Both the position numbers and the translations under genes were made by a program. Below the pieces are notes generated by a model. That model made no database searches. It was not told the DNA's origin and saw nothing but the letters and a program-made list of their open reading frames with translations. A stretch of 64,000 nucleotides of DNA from Octopus vulgaris. Lineage: Eukaryota. Location of the stretch: positions 87,358,001-87,422,000 of the forward strand of contig OX597814.1 of the NCBI GenBank assembly GCA_951406725.2, given 5' to 3'. The first letter of the stretch is position 1; each line of letters starts with the position of its first letter. This document shows, one piece after another, positions 12,031-26,757 of this stretch.

Positions 12031-13614
12031 CTTAGAGTTGTTCCCTTCTTTTAGACTAGGAAAACAATAGGTATTTGAGGAATCATGCTCTTGGTTAAAT
12101 CTGTGGCCTCTTGTGTCTATATTAGAAACCAATATTTCGTTAGGTCCCTTTATGGCTTTGATTTAAATGGTCCTGGGTCGACTTTAGCTTTTGTCTGCTA
12201 TAGATCGATAAAATGAAAACTAATACCAATGTGGTAGATTGGTAGAACCTTTAAGGCGTTGCGCTAAATGCCTTGTGATATTTAGTTACATTGATTTACC
12301 TTCAGTGTTTAAATCCTGTTGAGATTTTGCTTTACATTCTTCTGCAATCAATAAAATATTGTATTAATGCAGTATTTGGGTTGATTTAATCAACTATACT
12401 CTTACTTGAATTTTTGCCCTTGTGTCAGTGTCAGCAATCAATATTATATTGAGAGTTGAGCCATAACGGTAGCGATAGGAAGGGCAAAAAGAAACGGTGT
12501 ATCTGCGAATTAGTGTTTGTAACATTGTTGGTTTGTATATGTTGGGAGGAGTCGAAGAGGATGTTGCTGTGCGTAGCAGTTGTATTGTTTCTGTCAAGTA
12601 CAGAGCAACTGATCAGTGCAGAGCAGCGAATGTTTATAAGAAATAAACATTTATATGGCAAGGAAAAATACTTTGTACCTTAATTACAGAATTAAGTACG
12701 AATTCTGTGATTCCATTACCCAGAAGCTTCGCTCCATCTTCTGTGTCTCTGTAGCGTCCATGCATTCTTTTTCTTTTTTACATAGAGTAATGGAGGCAAA
12801 ATGCATCAAGGATCTAACTCCATATTTGAAGTAACAATGTATATAAAACATCTAGTGCAAAATGAGGGCATTATCGAAATGAATTGAAGGATTCTATTCT
12901 TTATTATTTTACCCAAAGCTAGATATTCACAGCTAACTGACTAAGAAACAATCAGAAAGTTATTGCCTGAAGGCCACGGCATAGACTTAGTAAATCATAT
13001 TAGCATTCCTTGCCTCATCAACTCAAGTAAGGCTTCCACCCCTAAAAGATCGGGAAATGTATAGTTTGAACAAGCAATCCGAGATTTCAATGAACTTTAT
13101 AATGAATATCTAGTAACCGACAACACCCTTGATATACCAGAAATCAATCCTCAATCCTTCCTTACCCACCAATCCTCGTTTGTATTTTGACGTTAACCAC
13201 ATTTACAGCCTAAAACTGCATAAGAGAATTCTTGTACCGATCCTTATTACATTTTAAAGATAATATAGAAACACGAAGCTAAAATGCAACAACGTTATTC
13301 AAATTCACTAATATACAGTCTTGTTAGCAGAAGTTATAATTATCCCTGTCTTCTCCTGACATACAACTCTTATGCAAATTTGCTTTGGTCTAACGTTAGT
13401 CAAACGTTCAAAAATGTATAATATTAATTTAACCTTTTGCCTGTTCAAAGCATTTTAATGAGTTTGTCCTCAGTGTCCATACTTGTTTTCAGAATTTTAG
13501 TTAGCCCTTGTTTCATACGCTCTGAGCTGTCCTTTTATAAGTCTGAAGTTACTCTGGTGGTTGAAAAAAATTGGAAATATGTATTATATACGCTGCTTGT
13601 ACAACAGGGAAATA

Positions 13615-13831
13615 CGAGGGGCGACTTAAAAATCTTGGCTTTAAGGGTATCGCGAAAGATTTGGTTGGAGGTCCAACCTTCCGAGTTCTTTTACAGGGCT
13701 TAGAAAAATTGAAAGACCACTGTAGTAAGTGTATGAATCTGAGATGGGGAATATATTGAATAAAATTACGATTAACTGATCCTCCTGTATTTTCTTTAAT
13801 CCAAAGCCGGGAACTCTTCGGCATCTCCTCG
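13615..13831 (+). mobile_element. Internally deleted mariner (MITE)
   Basis: TA-CGAGG...CCTCG-TA ends; internal GLEKLKDHCSKCMNL resembles a mariner C-terminus. Confidence 0.7.
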
Positions 13832-15152
13832 TATATCCTGTGTATCACGTGAGATACTCAAGACATGCAAAGTGCTAAGCTTACTTCTAGTATAGTTCAG
13901 TTTAACGGCATACGGTAAAAGCAGAAACTGCATACAATAGAATGTTTCTTATTTGTTTTTGAATCGTAATTTGATTTAATGGGAATGTGTAGCATAATGT
14001 TTTCAATATATTAGTAATAATCTAATTAGTTTAATCGATCTTATATATGAAAAGAATAATAAACCTCATTTATTGCATGACTAGTTTAATACATAGAAAT
14101 AGAGATATAGAATGGGAAGTCCATTAACATCCGACAAAATGAAATAAATCTGCCCAGTTATTGTAATTTGTTTAATTAAAGTATATTGGATCGAGCTTAA
14201 ACATTCAGTCGTTCATAGAAGTTGAAGGCAGAACAGTGCGAACGTATTGAGTGCAAAACTCATAAAAAATAATGGGGCCCGTAGCATTTGCTACTCTTGC
14301 TTCTGGGTTGATACTGCATATCACTTTAGATGCGTTGTGGATCCACAATGAAGCGGCAAATGGCAATGGGGTTGTATGGGGAATGCTAGATATTTAGAAG
14401 GCTCGTGATTTTTGTTAGGGAACTTCTAAGTTAACTGAAGTTGTGTGTATAAATGACTGAGTATTCCACAGTCATATGTACTCTTAATGTAATTTCTATG
14501 CGCCGCAATGAAGCATAACAAGGCTGCACCGTTGAATAACAGATATAACTCGTCTGATGAGCTTCCACACATTTCTCGTTAACCAATTTTCACTCATGAG
14601 GAATGGGTAAAATGCTGGTCATAAAAAATAACGATTGCACGAGATGCCACGTTGTGAGATCGAACCTGGAAGCCCGAGATTTCGAAACAAACGTTTTAAC
14701 CATTTTATTATACTGAACTCGCTTTGCAAGCCCGTGGTTTCGGGTTCAGTCCTCCGATGCTGCTCCTTGGGCGATTGTCTTCTTTTATACTCCGGATGAC
14801 CAACGCGTTGGAGTTGTGAGCGAATTTGGTTGACGGAAATTGTGTGGAAGTCCGTCGTGTGCACACACACATACACACACACGCGCGCACACACACATGC
14901 ACACGTATATTGTTGCTATTATGTTAAACTGTCGTATGTCCAAATTTGGGCAAATGCGTTTTTTCAAAATTTATTTTTACTTTCATTAACCGGTTCTTTT
15001 GGTCAAACTGTCGTATCTCCTGCTGCTTCTGATGCGAAGATATCAAAAATTGTCAAAGTGTAGTACAATGGATTTGCTATGGAATAGTGAAGCTATTTTT
15101 TCGTTTTCTGAAGAAGCAACGTTTTGGACTTAGGACACTTTTGCATAATAGA

Positions 15153-15189
<37 letters not shown>

Positions 15190-15239
15190 CTCCAAACATG
15201 AACAAAGAGAAAACACAACAACGCGAGGACGTGGAACAC

Positions 15240-15383
15240 GTCATAGAGTGACCATTGGTTGTGTTCAGCTGTATAGGCGACTCGTCAGACTCAAATTACT
15301 GAAGAGGCTATCCGCCTTCAGCCATTTAATTGTGATGAGTCGCCTGTACTGCTAAGGTGCGAAACCAATGGTTACTCTATGAC
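15240..15383. ncRNA. Head-to-head pair of degenerate hammerhead motifs forming a foldback
   Basis: Minus copy GAGT-CTGACGA-GTCGCCT..AACC-AAT-GGTC-ACTC; plus copy GTGATGA-GTCGCCT..AGGTGC-GAAAC-CAATG-GTT-ACTC; outer 21-bp arms with one mismatch. Confidence 0.6.
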
Positions 15384-15413
15384 CGGCCAATGTTTTAACT
15401 TCCTTATATATAT

Positions 15414-15445
<32 letters not shown>

Positions 15446-15879
15446 GCGTTAGTGAAAGAGAGAGTGTATGTGTGCGTTCACGTGCGTTCGCGCATGCGTG
15501 TCTTAGTATTTGTGGGTGTTCCTCCCAGACTGTTGACAACGGGCGTTGGCTTGTTTACGTCTCCACAACTTAGGGATTCGGCAAAAAAGACCAATAGGAC
15601 ACGAAGCAGACTTCAAATAAAAGTACTGGAGAAATATGTTCTACTAAACCCCTCTAGGCAGTACCCCAGGATACCTACAGTCCAATGAATGAAACAATGA
15701 AGAAAAAAAAACATACGAAATTTGCTTGAAAATACATATCTAAACAAACATTTGTAGGTCAGTATGTATGTTTGTGTATACGTGAATGTGTGTAATATTT
15801 GGCTTATATTTGCTTATATGCATACGTATGTACAGCGAGATATCTATGATATATTGTATATGTATATATACATACACAC

Positions 15880-15944
<65 letters not shown>

Positions 15945-15958
15945 GATAGATAGATAGA

Positions 15959-15994
<36 letters not shown>

Positions 15995-16040
15995 TATACA
16001 TACATACATACATATATATGTGTATACACACACACATATA

Positions 16041-16951
<911 letters not shown>

Positions 16952-17035
16952 CTTTTGTGTTGACTGTCGGAAAAAATAATTTCTTACTCCTCTGAGTTTC
17001 GCTTGTGGGTGGACAGGGTCTGAAGACAATGTGTG

Positions 17036-17190
17036 GAGGTGCAGGCGTAGTAGTGTGGTAAGAAGCTTGCTTCCCAAACGCATGGTTCCGGGTTCAGTCC
17101 CACTGCGTAGGACCTTGGGCAAGCATCCTCTAGTAAAACTAAAGCACTGTGAGTGGTTTTGGCTGACGGAAACTGAAGTAAACCCGTCAT

Positions 17191-17260
<70 letters not shown>

Positions 17261-17441
17261 GTGTGCGCGTGTGTGTGTGTCTTTGTGTTTGTCCTCCACC
17301 ACCGTAACATAGCGGTTCGACAAAAGGATCGATAGAATAAGTACCAGGCTTAAAAAATAAGTGCTAGGATCGATTCATTCGACTAAATATTTTCAAGGCA
17401 CTGCCCCAGCATGGCCGCAGTCTAATGATTGAGACAAGTAA
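17036..17441 (+). mobile_element. CORE-type tRNA SINE
   Basis: GTGTGGTAAGAAGCTTGCTTCCCAA, GGTTCAGTCCCACTGCG, ACCTTGGGCAAG, internal microsatellite, CAGCATGGCCGCAGTC tail. Confidence 0.8.
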
Positions 17442-17947
17442 TATATATATATATATATATATATATACGAGTGAGTGGACAAACGAAAGAAAGGCACTCA
17501 ACCAATTCTTGGGAGTTACATGTATGGATGAAAACAGCTTGATTCAAATTCGTTGGTACTATTGAGTTTCAAGCACGATGCTTGTCGTCAGCCATTTTGA
17601 ATTTATAAATATATATATAATGATGTTTTATAGTTTTATGTTGGTTTACATATATTTAATTTCATTTGTTTGTATTTGTACAGCTAACACGACTTTTTCA
17701 AGTAGCACGGTAGATGTAGCCAAGTCAACATTTTGGGAAATTCGTTTGACTTATAGATGCGAACGCGTGTACACAAACATATACACACACACACGCACAC
17801 ACACATACACAGAGAGGCAAACACACACACACACATACACACACAGAGGCAAACACACTCACACACACAAAAAAAAACATAAATAACAAACAAAAGGTAA
17901 CAAAACTATAACAGACGTTCACAATTTTATATTTTTAGATTGAGAAA

Positions 17948-18170
17948 AGGCGGCAAGCTGGTTGAACCGTTAGCACGTCAGGCAAAATGCTTAGCGGCTA
18001 CATTTCGTCCGTCTTTACGTTCTGTGTTCAAATACCACCGGGGTCGACTTTCCCTTTCATCCTTTTTGTGATAAACAAAAATAAGTGCCAGTTGAGCAAT
18101 AGGGTAGATTTAATTGACTAGACCCCCTCCTGCCAAATTTCTAATCTTGTGCCGAAATTTGAAACCGATA
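17948..18170 (+). mobile_element. Meta-type tRNA SINE
   Basis: GGCGGCAAGCTGG..GTTAGCACG head, GTTCAAAT B-box, GTCGACTTT-CCTTTCATCCTTT MetaSINE-like core. Confidence 0.7.
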
Positions 18171-18171
18171 T

Positions 18172-18608
18172 TATAAGGTCGGAATACAAGGTAAGAACTG
18201 AAATAGTATAAATTATAGAGTAAAAGTTATAACATTTCGGATACCAGAGGAAGGGCAAGATTCATTTTCAATGCCCCCCCCAACCCCTCTTTTTTATTTA
18301 TTAAATTTTTTCTACACAAACCCCCGTTTTTGGCTCGGAGAATACGAATCTGCAAAAAAATTGGCAAAAATCGGCATTTTCAAATTACTCCCACTTCCAC
18401 CCCACCCCCTAATTTCTTCATTTTTAAAAACTTTTTCAGAATTTTTTTTTTTTTTTTTTTTTGAAAATATGCAGAAAAATACGGAGATTGTGATTCTGAA
18501 ACAAAAATTCCAAAAAGTTTTGTAAAATTTCAATTTAAAAAAAAAAATTACCTCGACCCGACCAAAAATGATGGTGGGGGGCGAGACGGGAGGAAGTCTT
18601 TCCGCTAG
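18172..18608 (+). mobile_element. Putative non-autonomous Helitron-type element
   Basis: Ends in a GC-rich hairpin (CGGGAG..TTTCCG) followed by CTAG; body non-coding. Confidence 0.35.
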
Positions 18609-18892
18609 GTTCATTTATACGTACATATGCTATCAAATCTTTCTTTCTTACATACACTCATATATAATATACATTAACTGCTTTAAGAATAATACATATT
18701 ACATATATGTGTGCGTGTGTATGTATGTGTATGACTGTTTATGGAAACATAATGAAAACTATTCTTTACTATAAAGTAAATTGTGATAAAAATAGTAAGA
18801 GCGAGGTTTTAACGGCTGTTGAGTCAGAGCTTTTTTGTCGCTGCTTATAATAAAAACATTACACCTTTTCTCGCTTCACTTCTTTTATTTTC

Positions 18893-18965
<73 letters not shown>

Positions 18966-19060
18966 CATCTATCTATCTATCTATCTATCTAAATATCTAT
19001 CTATCTATGTGCGTGTATATGTATGTGTATATATATATATATACATATATATATATTTCA

Positions 19061-19108
<48 letters not shown>

Positions 19109-19113
19109 GTATG

Positions 19114-19149
<36 letters not shown>

Positions 19150-19177
19150 TGTATGTATGTATGTATGTATGTACATA

Positions 19178-19292
19178 GAAAACAAAAGACGAAGATAGGT
19201 GTATGAAGAACAAGCAAGTGTATTGTTTTGACGCTCGGGAAAAATGAAAAAGTCGTTTACGTTTCGAGACTACCCTCTTCAACAGAAAAAAA
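19178..19292 (-). mobile_element. pLTR-like repeat with HHR-like motif (variant core)
   Basis: Minus strand TTT-CTGTTGA-AGAG(GGTAGT)CTC-GAAAC-GTA-AA; same family at 38448-38630 and 49569-49705. Confidence 0.55.
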
Positions 19293-19429
19293 TATTACAT
19301 ATATATATATTTCATTTATGTATTTATGTATGTATGTATGTATGTATGTATGTATGTATGTATGTATGTATGTATGCATGTATGTATGTATGTATGTATG
19401 TATGCATGTATATATATATGTGTGTGTGT

Positions 19430-19812
19430 GGTTTGCTTCCCAACCACATGACTCTAGGTTCAGTCCCACTGCGTGGCACCTTGGGCAAGTATCTTCTACT
19501 ATAGTCTCCGGCCGATCAAAGCTTTGTGAGTAGATTTGGTAAACAGTAATGAGTTTGTCACCCACCATTGCTTTCACAACCGGTGTTGGTGGGTTTTCGT
19601 TCCCGTAACTTAGCGGTTCAGCAAAAGATAACGATAAAATAGGGACCAAGCTAAAACACAAAAGCAAAAAAGTACTGGTGTCGATTCGTTATATAACCCA
19701 CTGCGTGGCATCTTGGGAAAGAGTCTTCCACTATAGCCTAGGGCCAACCAAAACCTCGTGAGTGGATTTGGTAGATGGAAACTGAAAGAAGCGAAACCCG
19801 TTGTATATATAG

Positions 19813-19843
<31 letters not shown>

Positions 19844-20125
19844 TGTATGTATGTATGTATGTATGTATGTATGTATGTATGTATGTATGTATGTATGCAT
19901 GTATGTATGTGTGTATATGTCTGTGTGTCTGTGTTTGTACCCCAACATCGCTTGACAACCTTTGCTGGTGCATCTACGTCCCCGTAACTTAGCGGTTCGG
20001 CAAAAGAGACCGATAGAATAAGTACTAGGCTTAGAATAAGCCCTGGGGTCGATTTGCTCGACTAAAGGCGGTGCTCCAGCATGGCCGGAGTCAAATGGCT
20101 GAAACAAGTAAAAGAGTAAAAGAAT

Positions 20126-20128
<3 letters not shown>
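19430..20128 (+). mobile_element. Two adjacent CORE-type SINE copies
   Basis: GTGGCACCTTGGGCAAG / GTGGCATCTTGGGAAAG cores and the shared ..GGCGGTGCTCCAGCATGGCC.. tail. Confidence 0.8.
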
Positions 20129-20176
<48 letters not shown>

Positions 20177-20181
20177 GTATG

Positions 20182-20287
<106 letters not shown>

Positions 20288-21179
20288 CACGCGCACACAC
20301 TCACACATGCACACACATACTTTGTGTGTGTGTGCGCGTGCGCGTGCGACACGGTAACTGAACTAACGAGAGAGCTTTCACGCGGTCGAATGATCTGTTA
20401 GAAATAGCACTCAAATTCTAAATATATATATATGAGTGTAGACATGACTGGAAAGCCTTTGGTCGTGGGTCTTTGAAACAATTTTCACCTGGGCTACAAA
20501 AACAAAAATAAAAAACTGCAAATGCCGCAGCAGCAGCCGTCCAAGAATTTGGACCTGGAGATCTCCATTTCCAGCGACTTCGAGGGCCACTTCCCAGTGG
20601 TGTCGGGCGTCAACGAAGAGCCCTCGACTACAATAAGACAACCAAAGTTTTTTGGGTTTTTTTAAGGTCTGGGGTCTCCCGCCCCTAAGCCCTAACCATC
20701 ACCTAATCCCCCTTACTCGTCTTGTTGCTTAACAACAACAACAGCCGCAGCAGCAGAGGCAGTCGAAACAGCAACTATACCAAGACAAATGTATACCCAG
20801 ATTAATTGAGTTTAGAATAGTTGTCACTTGATGCCCCAGACTTTATTGGGAAAGAAAAGGGGGAGTTTTCTTATCCTTTGCCCTTTTTTTAGTATTCTTA
20901 CAATGGAAATAACAATTATGTAAAAAAACAAAAGTCTTTTCCAAAAATATTTTTACCGCCCCCTACTTCCGTTCCCTTTTTTTTCTACAAGTATACTAGA
21001 GAGAATACTTATTCCCAAATCTCGTCAATGGATGAATGTATGACAATTTAGATATGTCGATATGTGGACCACATTACAAGCACATAGACTGACCGGTAGA
21101 TAGATAGATAAAGAGAGAGAGAGGGAGAGACAGAGCAGGAGAGAGAGAGAGACAGAGCAGGAGAGAGAGAGAGAGAGCC

Positions 21180-21232
<53 letters not shown>

Positions 21233-21291
21233 TACACACACATGTACACACACACACACGTATATAAATATATACCCATACATACATATAT

Positions 21292-21341
<50 letters not shown>

Positions 21342-21380
21342 TATAAATATAGATATATACACACATACATACTTATATAC

Positions 21381-21433
<53 letters not shown>

Positions 21434-22909
21434 TAAAAGTAATTAAGTTAATGTCTGGTTATAATGGGCAATGGTTTCTACAAAGGCCTTACCCCCTCGG
21501 GCGTATATGTGAATGTATGTGTGTGTGTCTATAAGTATGTATCTATGTATGTATGCATGAGTGTATGTATGTATGTGTGTATGTATGTATGTATGTATGT
21601 ATGTATGTATGTATGTATGCATGTATGTGTATGTATGTATAATTGTATGTATGCATGTATGTATGTATGTATGTATGTATGTATATATGTGTGTGTATGT
21701 ATGTATGTATGTATGTATGTATGTATGTATGTATGTATGTATGTATGTATGTATATATGTGTGTGTATGTATGTATGCATGTATGTATGTGTATGTGTGT
21801 ATGTATGTATGTATGTATGTATGTATTATGTATGTGTGAATATCTTTTAGAAAAAATAAAACGCCTATGAACACGATAAAGGAGTACCTACCCTGCATAT
21901 GTGACATTTTGCCACGATTCTTCTGTCGGGTAATAATTACTCCTGTCTGCGACATAAGCATGACCAAGTATTCCGCCTGCAGCCGGCCAGAAAATAGTGA
22001 GAACAAGTAAATATATTCGCATTTCTTCGTACCCCTGCTTACTCGAAGTTCCTCAAGCTGTCACTGACTTTTGATTGGTGACAAAGCACACTCGTATATA
22101 CTCACACGCGCGCACGGTTCTTACTCAAAGGCTTGATCGAGCTGACTAGGAACTTCTCATCTAACGCAAGCCCTTCTCATCAGCCAGCGTGTTCGCGGGT
22201 TAAATAATTAAGAAACAAAAAAAAATTTGGAAATAAAAAAGAAAAAGAAAAAGAAAGAAAAGGAGGGAGAAAAAGAAAGTAAACAAATAGAAGCCTCGTA
22301 CATCCGCGCATATCCACGCACGCACGCACACACACACACACAACACATATGCGTAAACATATATTTATTCATGTAAAAGCGCTCAAACACTAAGAAAAAT
22401 ACGCACAGATGCGGTGGACACACACGCGCGTGGGACTGTAGTATTTACATATATTTGACGTGAATAGTTATATCGAGAATGCTATGTACACACACACTAT
22501 CGACATAGCGACATCTTTACGCACTCATTCACACATACAACGCATGCACACCCACACACACATACACAAACATCCACACACACCCCCACACACACACACA
22601 CATACACAAACATCCACAACCCCCACACACACACACACACAAACACACACATAGACACATACACACCACTCACACACATGTGTACACATGCCTTTAATTT
22701 GTAGGGAGTGATACAATCGGAAGTTGTCAAGATCGCTGTGCCAACACACGCGCGCGCACACACATACACACGTACACACACATACATAATACATACATAC
22801 ACCTATGGAGATATAAATGCTTCATGTAATGTGCATGTAAAGATATATGTGTGTGTGTGTGTATGTTTGTATGTATGTATGTATGTGTGTGTATCTATAT
22901 ACATATGTG

Positions 22910-22954
<45 letters not shown>

Positions 22955-22972
22955 TTTTATATACATACGTAC

Positions 22973-23010
<38 letters not shown>

Positions 23011-23508
23011 TACAGACTCACACACATACATATAATGGTTATCCTACTGTTGTATATGCATATCTAAGGAATAACCTTAGTATATAGTATTAATATACTG
23101 CAGCTCAATGTGACGTTTCGCCAAATGGCTATTTACAAACATTCTGCCCCTAAGACTGTTGACGATTTTGTGACGTAGCTAGAGCACATGCCACCCAGGC
23201 CAGTCCTCGTGTTTGCTTCTTCCCTCCTCCGGCAACAGCTTATACAAACTTATACCGCAGAACCCCAAAAAAGTGTCACCAGGGTTCACCGCCCACTCGT
23301 TGCCGAGTGTGTTATTATCTAATATGTTCTAAAACTACACCATGCAGCATGTGCTTGACTCCTTTTAGACAATTGCACGGACTGTAGTCTCTGTTTTAAA
23401 TGTTTATGGAAATTGCTAAAGAGGAGGATTTATATAATGTAATTATACTTTTACCTTGGTACACCATCAGCATGGTTCTCCACACAGATAATATGACACC
23501 CTAGTTTA

Positions 23509-23710
23509 AGGCGGCGAGCTGGCAGAATCGTTAGCACGCCGGGCAAAATGCTTAGCAGTGTTTCGTCTGTCTCGTCGTTCTGCGTTCAAATTCTGCTGAG
23601 GTTGACTTTCCTTTCATCCTTTCGGAGTCGATAATATAAGTACCAGTTGAACGCTAGGGTCGATTTCTCCCCTGGAATTACTAACCTTGTACCAAAATTT
23701 GAAATCAACA
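23509..23710 (+). mobile_element. Meta-type tRNA SINE
   Basis: GGCGGCGAGCTGGCAGAATCGTTAGCACGCCGGGC head; CCTTTCATCCTTTCGG core. Confidence 0.8.
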
Positions 23711-25150
23711 TAATACCCTACTTAAACATTAATCGCAGCGACATTTTACCTTTTCTTGAAAATGTGTTTAAGATACTCATATTTTGTTTAAAAATACTAT
23801 TTCTAAAGCAAAAAAAAAAAAAAAATCACGGATTCTTTAGAAACACCCAACACCCTATATAGGATAGGATCCCCCTAACATTTGCCTCTCTTCGACATTT
23901 TCGGCCCCATTTTGAGCTCACACTGCCTCCAAAGTGCTGCACCGTCCGGTTTAAGAATCACTGCTGTATACAAATCCAAAGCAATGTTCATACCTATATT
24001 AAATGTGTGGGATATTTTCTACATGTGTGTGCGAAGTGTGTGCGTGTGCAACGTACGTGCGTGCGAGCCTTGTGTGTATGTGCGCATGCGCATGTGTGTA
24101 CATACATACTAACTGGCCCTTCCAGACAGATGAGATTTATGCTATTTATGTTCCTCTTAAACTATTACAATTCAACACTTACGAGAAAGACATAAGCAGG
24201 GAGCTCCCGGAGGCCAATTTTTTTCAAAGGAAGGGATGGGTTTAGAGATCATTGCAGAACCTTGAGAAATTGGACACATTCAGTGATGAGAGAAGAAGAG
24301 ACGAGTGAACTGTGAACGACTGAGTGGAAGTAGCGTTTGTAAATAGCTCAACTCACTCCCAAGAGCAGGGTCCATTATTGGAGTGGTAGAAAAAGCATAG
24401 AGAGTAGACAGGTCACCTGTTAGTCAGAGGCTGGAGCGTGTATGCGAGTACTTTAAGCTAATCATTCAGGAGACTTTTTTCTGGTTACGACTTAGAATGT
24501 CTAAGTGCGCAGCAGCAGCACCCTACTAAGTGAGGAAGCAGTATTCAATTTTGGAGTTCCCTTGAGCTTAGTTGAGTGTGAATATTTGTTGGCACTGAAG
24601 AGAATGAATATATCATGTTCCTGGAGAGAAGGCCAAGTTGTTGGAAATGCAGTACTTAGCAATGGTAAAGATATGGTTTCACCAGGAGAGATCTTCGATG
24701 AGAGGCTCAGCATTTGGGACAATCATGAGAGGACTGGCTGCGTGATGGTCATGTTTAAGGGACAAATACTGAGGTAATATTTTTTTGATATGAGTAGCGT
24801 TTGTGTTTTCTTGCTGTTCAGAGAAATAGGATTGACGTATCCCCCTAATGGAGGACCCTGTCGAAATCTCTGTTCCTGGAAACGGTGCGCGAATTTGGCA
24901 TATGGTATCTAGTTTTGTGTGGATGATAGGGACAGAAAGAGCTCGTACACACACACACACACACACAGCAGCGCAATTCGAGAGATAAAAGGTGGATGGA
25001 ACCCGAGGCAGGCAGATTCGACGGGAGATTTTGCTACCTGACACAGATGAAAGCTTCCGAGGGCGCGAGTCAGTCGGTGGTTCACATAGGAGGGTAGGAC
25101 ACTGGTGGATTTGACTTTACGGAAACCAGAGGATAGATAGATAGATAGAG

Positions 25151-25226
<76 letters not shown>

Positions 25227-25308
25227 GGGAAGAGAGACAAATACCTACATATATCCATATTGCAGCTGCACATATATACATATATGTTTGTGCATGCTTG
25301 TATGCATA

Positions 25309-25351
<43 letters not shown>

Positions 25352-25527
25352 GTACTGTTCCGTGTTGGTAAGATCAACAAAGTATTCCATCTGATGAGTG
25401 ATAGATATTATTTAATAAACACAATATATGTTTTTTTGTGCTACTATAAGTTTTATGCAATGAGAGCATGCCAGACAGTATTTTTTTAACACGTCTGGTG
25501 TCTCAGCGCAATCTCCAAACACTGTCC

Positions 25528-25745
25528 GGCAGAATCGTTAGCACGCCAGGCGAAGTGCTTAGCGGTATTTCGTCTGGCGTTACGTTCTGAGTTTATACTC
25601 CACCGAGGTCGACTTTGCCTTTCATCCTTTCGGGGTCGATTAAATAAGTACCAGTTACGCGCTGGGGTTGATGTAATCGACTTAAACCCTTTGTCCTTGT
25701 TTGTTCCCTCTATGCTTAGCCCCCTGTGGCCAATAAAGAAATAAA
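25528..25745 (+). mobile_element. Meta-type tRNA SINE
   Basis: GGCAGAATCGTTAGCACGCC..GTCGACTTTGCCTTTCATCCTTTCGGGGTCGAT. Confidence 0.8.
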
Positions 25746-25953
25746 AATAATAGCATATAATGGCGGTGACCCAGCATGGCCACAGCTCATGAGCTGAAAC
25801 TAGATAAAATACAATAAAATAAAATATAAAAGCATATATCGTGTTTATTAAATAATAAAATAAAATAAGATATATATATATATATATATCGGGAATTTTA
25901 TCCGCCCTATATATATATGTGTGTATATATATGTATATGTATATGTATGTATG

Positions 25954-25987
<34 letters not shown>

Positions 25988-26001
25988 TGTATGTATGTAT
26001 G

Positions 26002-26032
<31 letters not shown>

Positions 26033-26119
26033 GTATGTACTAGCTGAGTAGCCCATCGTTGCTTGTTAATTTTTACAATAGAATACCATTTTTATTCCAT
26101 GTCAAACCATATCTTCTCC

Positions 26120-26465
26120 AATTATAACCTGGGGCGTACCAAAGCCTTGTGAGTGTATTTGGTAGACGGAAACTGAAAGGGTCCAGTCGTATATATATGT
26201 ATTTGTGTGTGTATATGTATGCGTGTTTGTATGTGTGTGTATGTGTGTCGGTGTTTGTCCCTCTACCATCACTTAACAACCGACGTTGGTGTGTTTACGT
26301 CCCCGTAACTTTGCAGTTCGGCAAAAGAGACCGATAGAATAAGCACTAGGCTCACAAAGAATAAGTCCTGGGGGTCGATTTCTTCGATTAAAACCCTTTA
26401 AGGTTGTGCTCCAGCAAGGCCACAGACAAATGAGGGAAACAAGTGAAAAATAAAAGAATAAAAGA
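26120..26465 (+). mobile_element. 5'-truncated CORE-type SINE
   Basis: CCAAAGCCTTGTGAGTG..GGTAGACGGAAACTGAAAG..GGCAAAAGAGACCGATAGAATAAG. Confidence 0.75.
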
Positions 26466-26500
26466 ATATATATATATTCTTTTAAATATATATATATATC

Positions 26501-26590
<90 letters not shown>

Positions 26591-26687
26591 TATATATAAC
26601 ACTATAATACATAGTGTAATAATACATTATTATTAGTTAGTTCTACATGTGGATCTGGCTGTCTGTATGTCTGAAATCTAAAGGCTA

Positions 26688-26757
26688 TCCCACTGATGAA
26701 AACTGGCCTTCAGCGAATATTTTTTTGCTGGAAATAGTTAGAAACGATGGTCCGGGA
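26688..26757 (+). ncRNA. Type I hammerhead ribozyme, copy 1
   Basis: TCCCA-CTGATGA-stem II (AACT/AGTT and TTCAGCGAA/TTTGCTGGA)-GAAAC-GATG-GTC-CGGGA; one stem I mismatch, loop III not palindromic. Confidence 0.75.

Noticed and set aside
20683-20710. Telomeric CCCTAA repeats
   Set aside because: Only two imperfectly spaced units
24440-24790. Possible LINE ORF1 or host exon
   Set aside because: Looks coding-derived but has no motif I can assign with support
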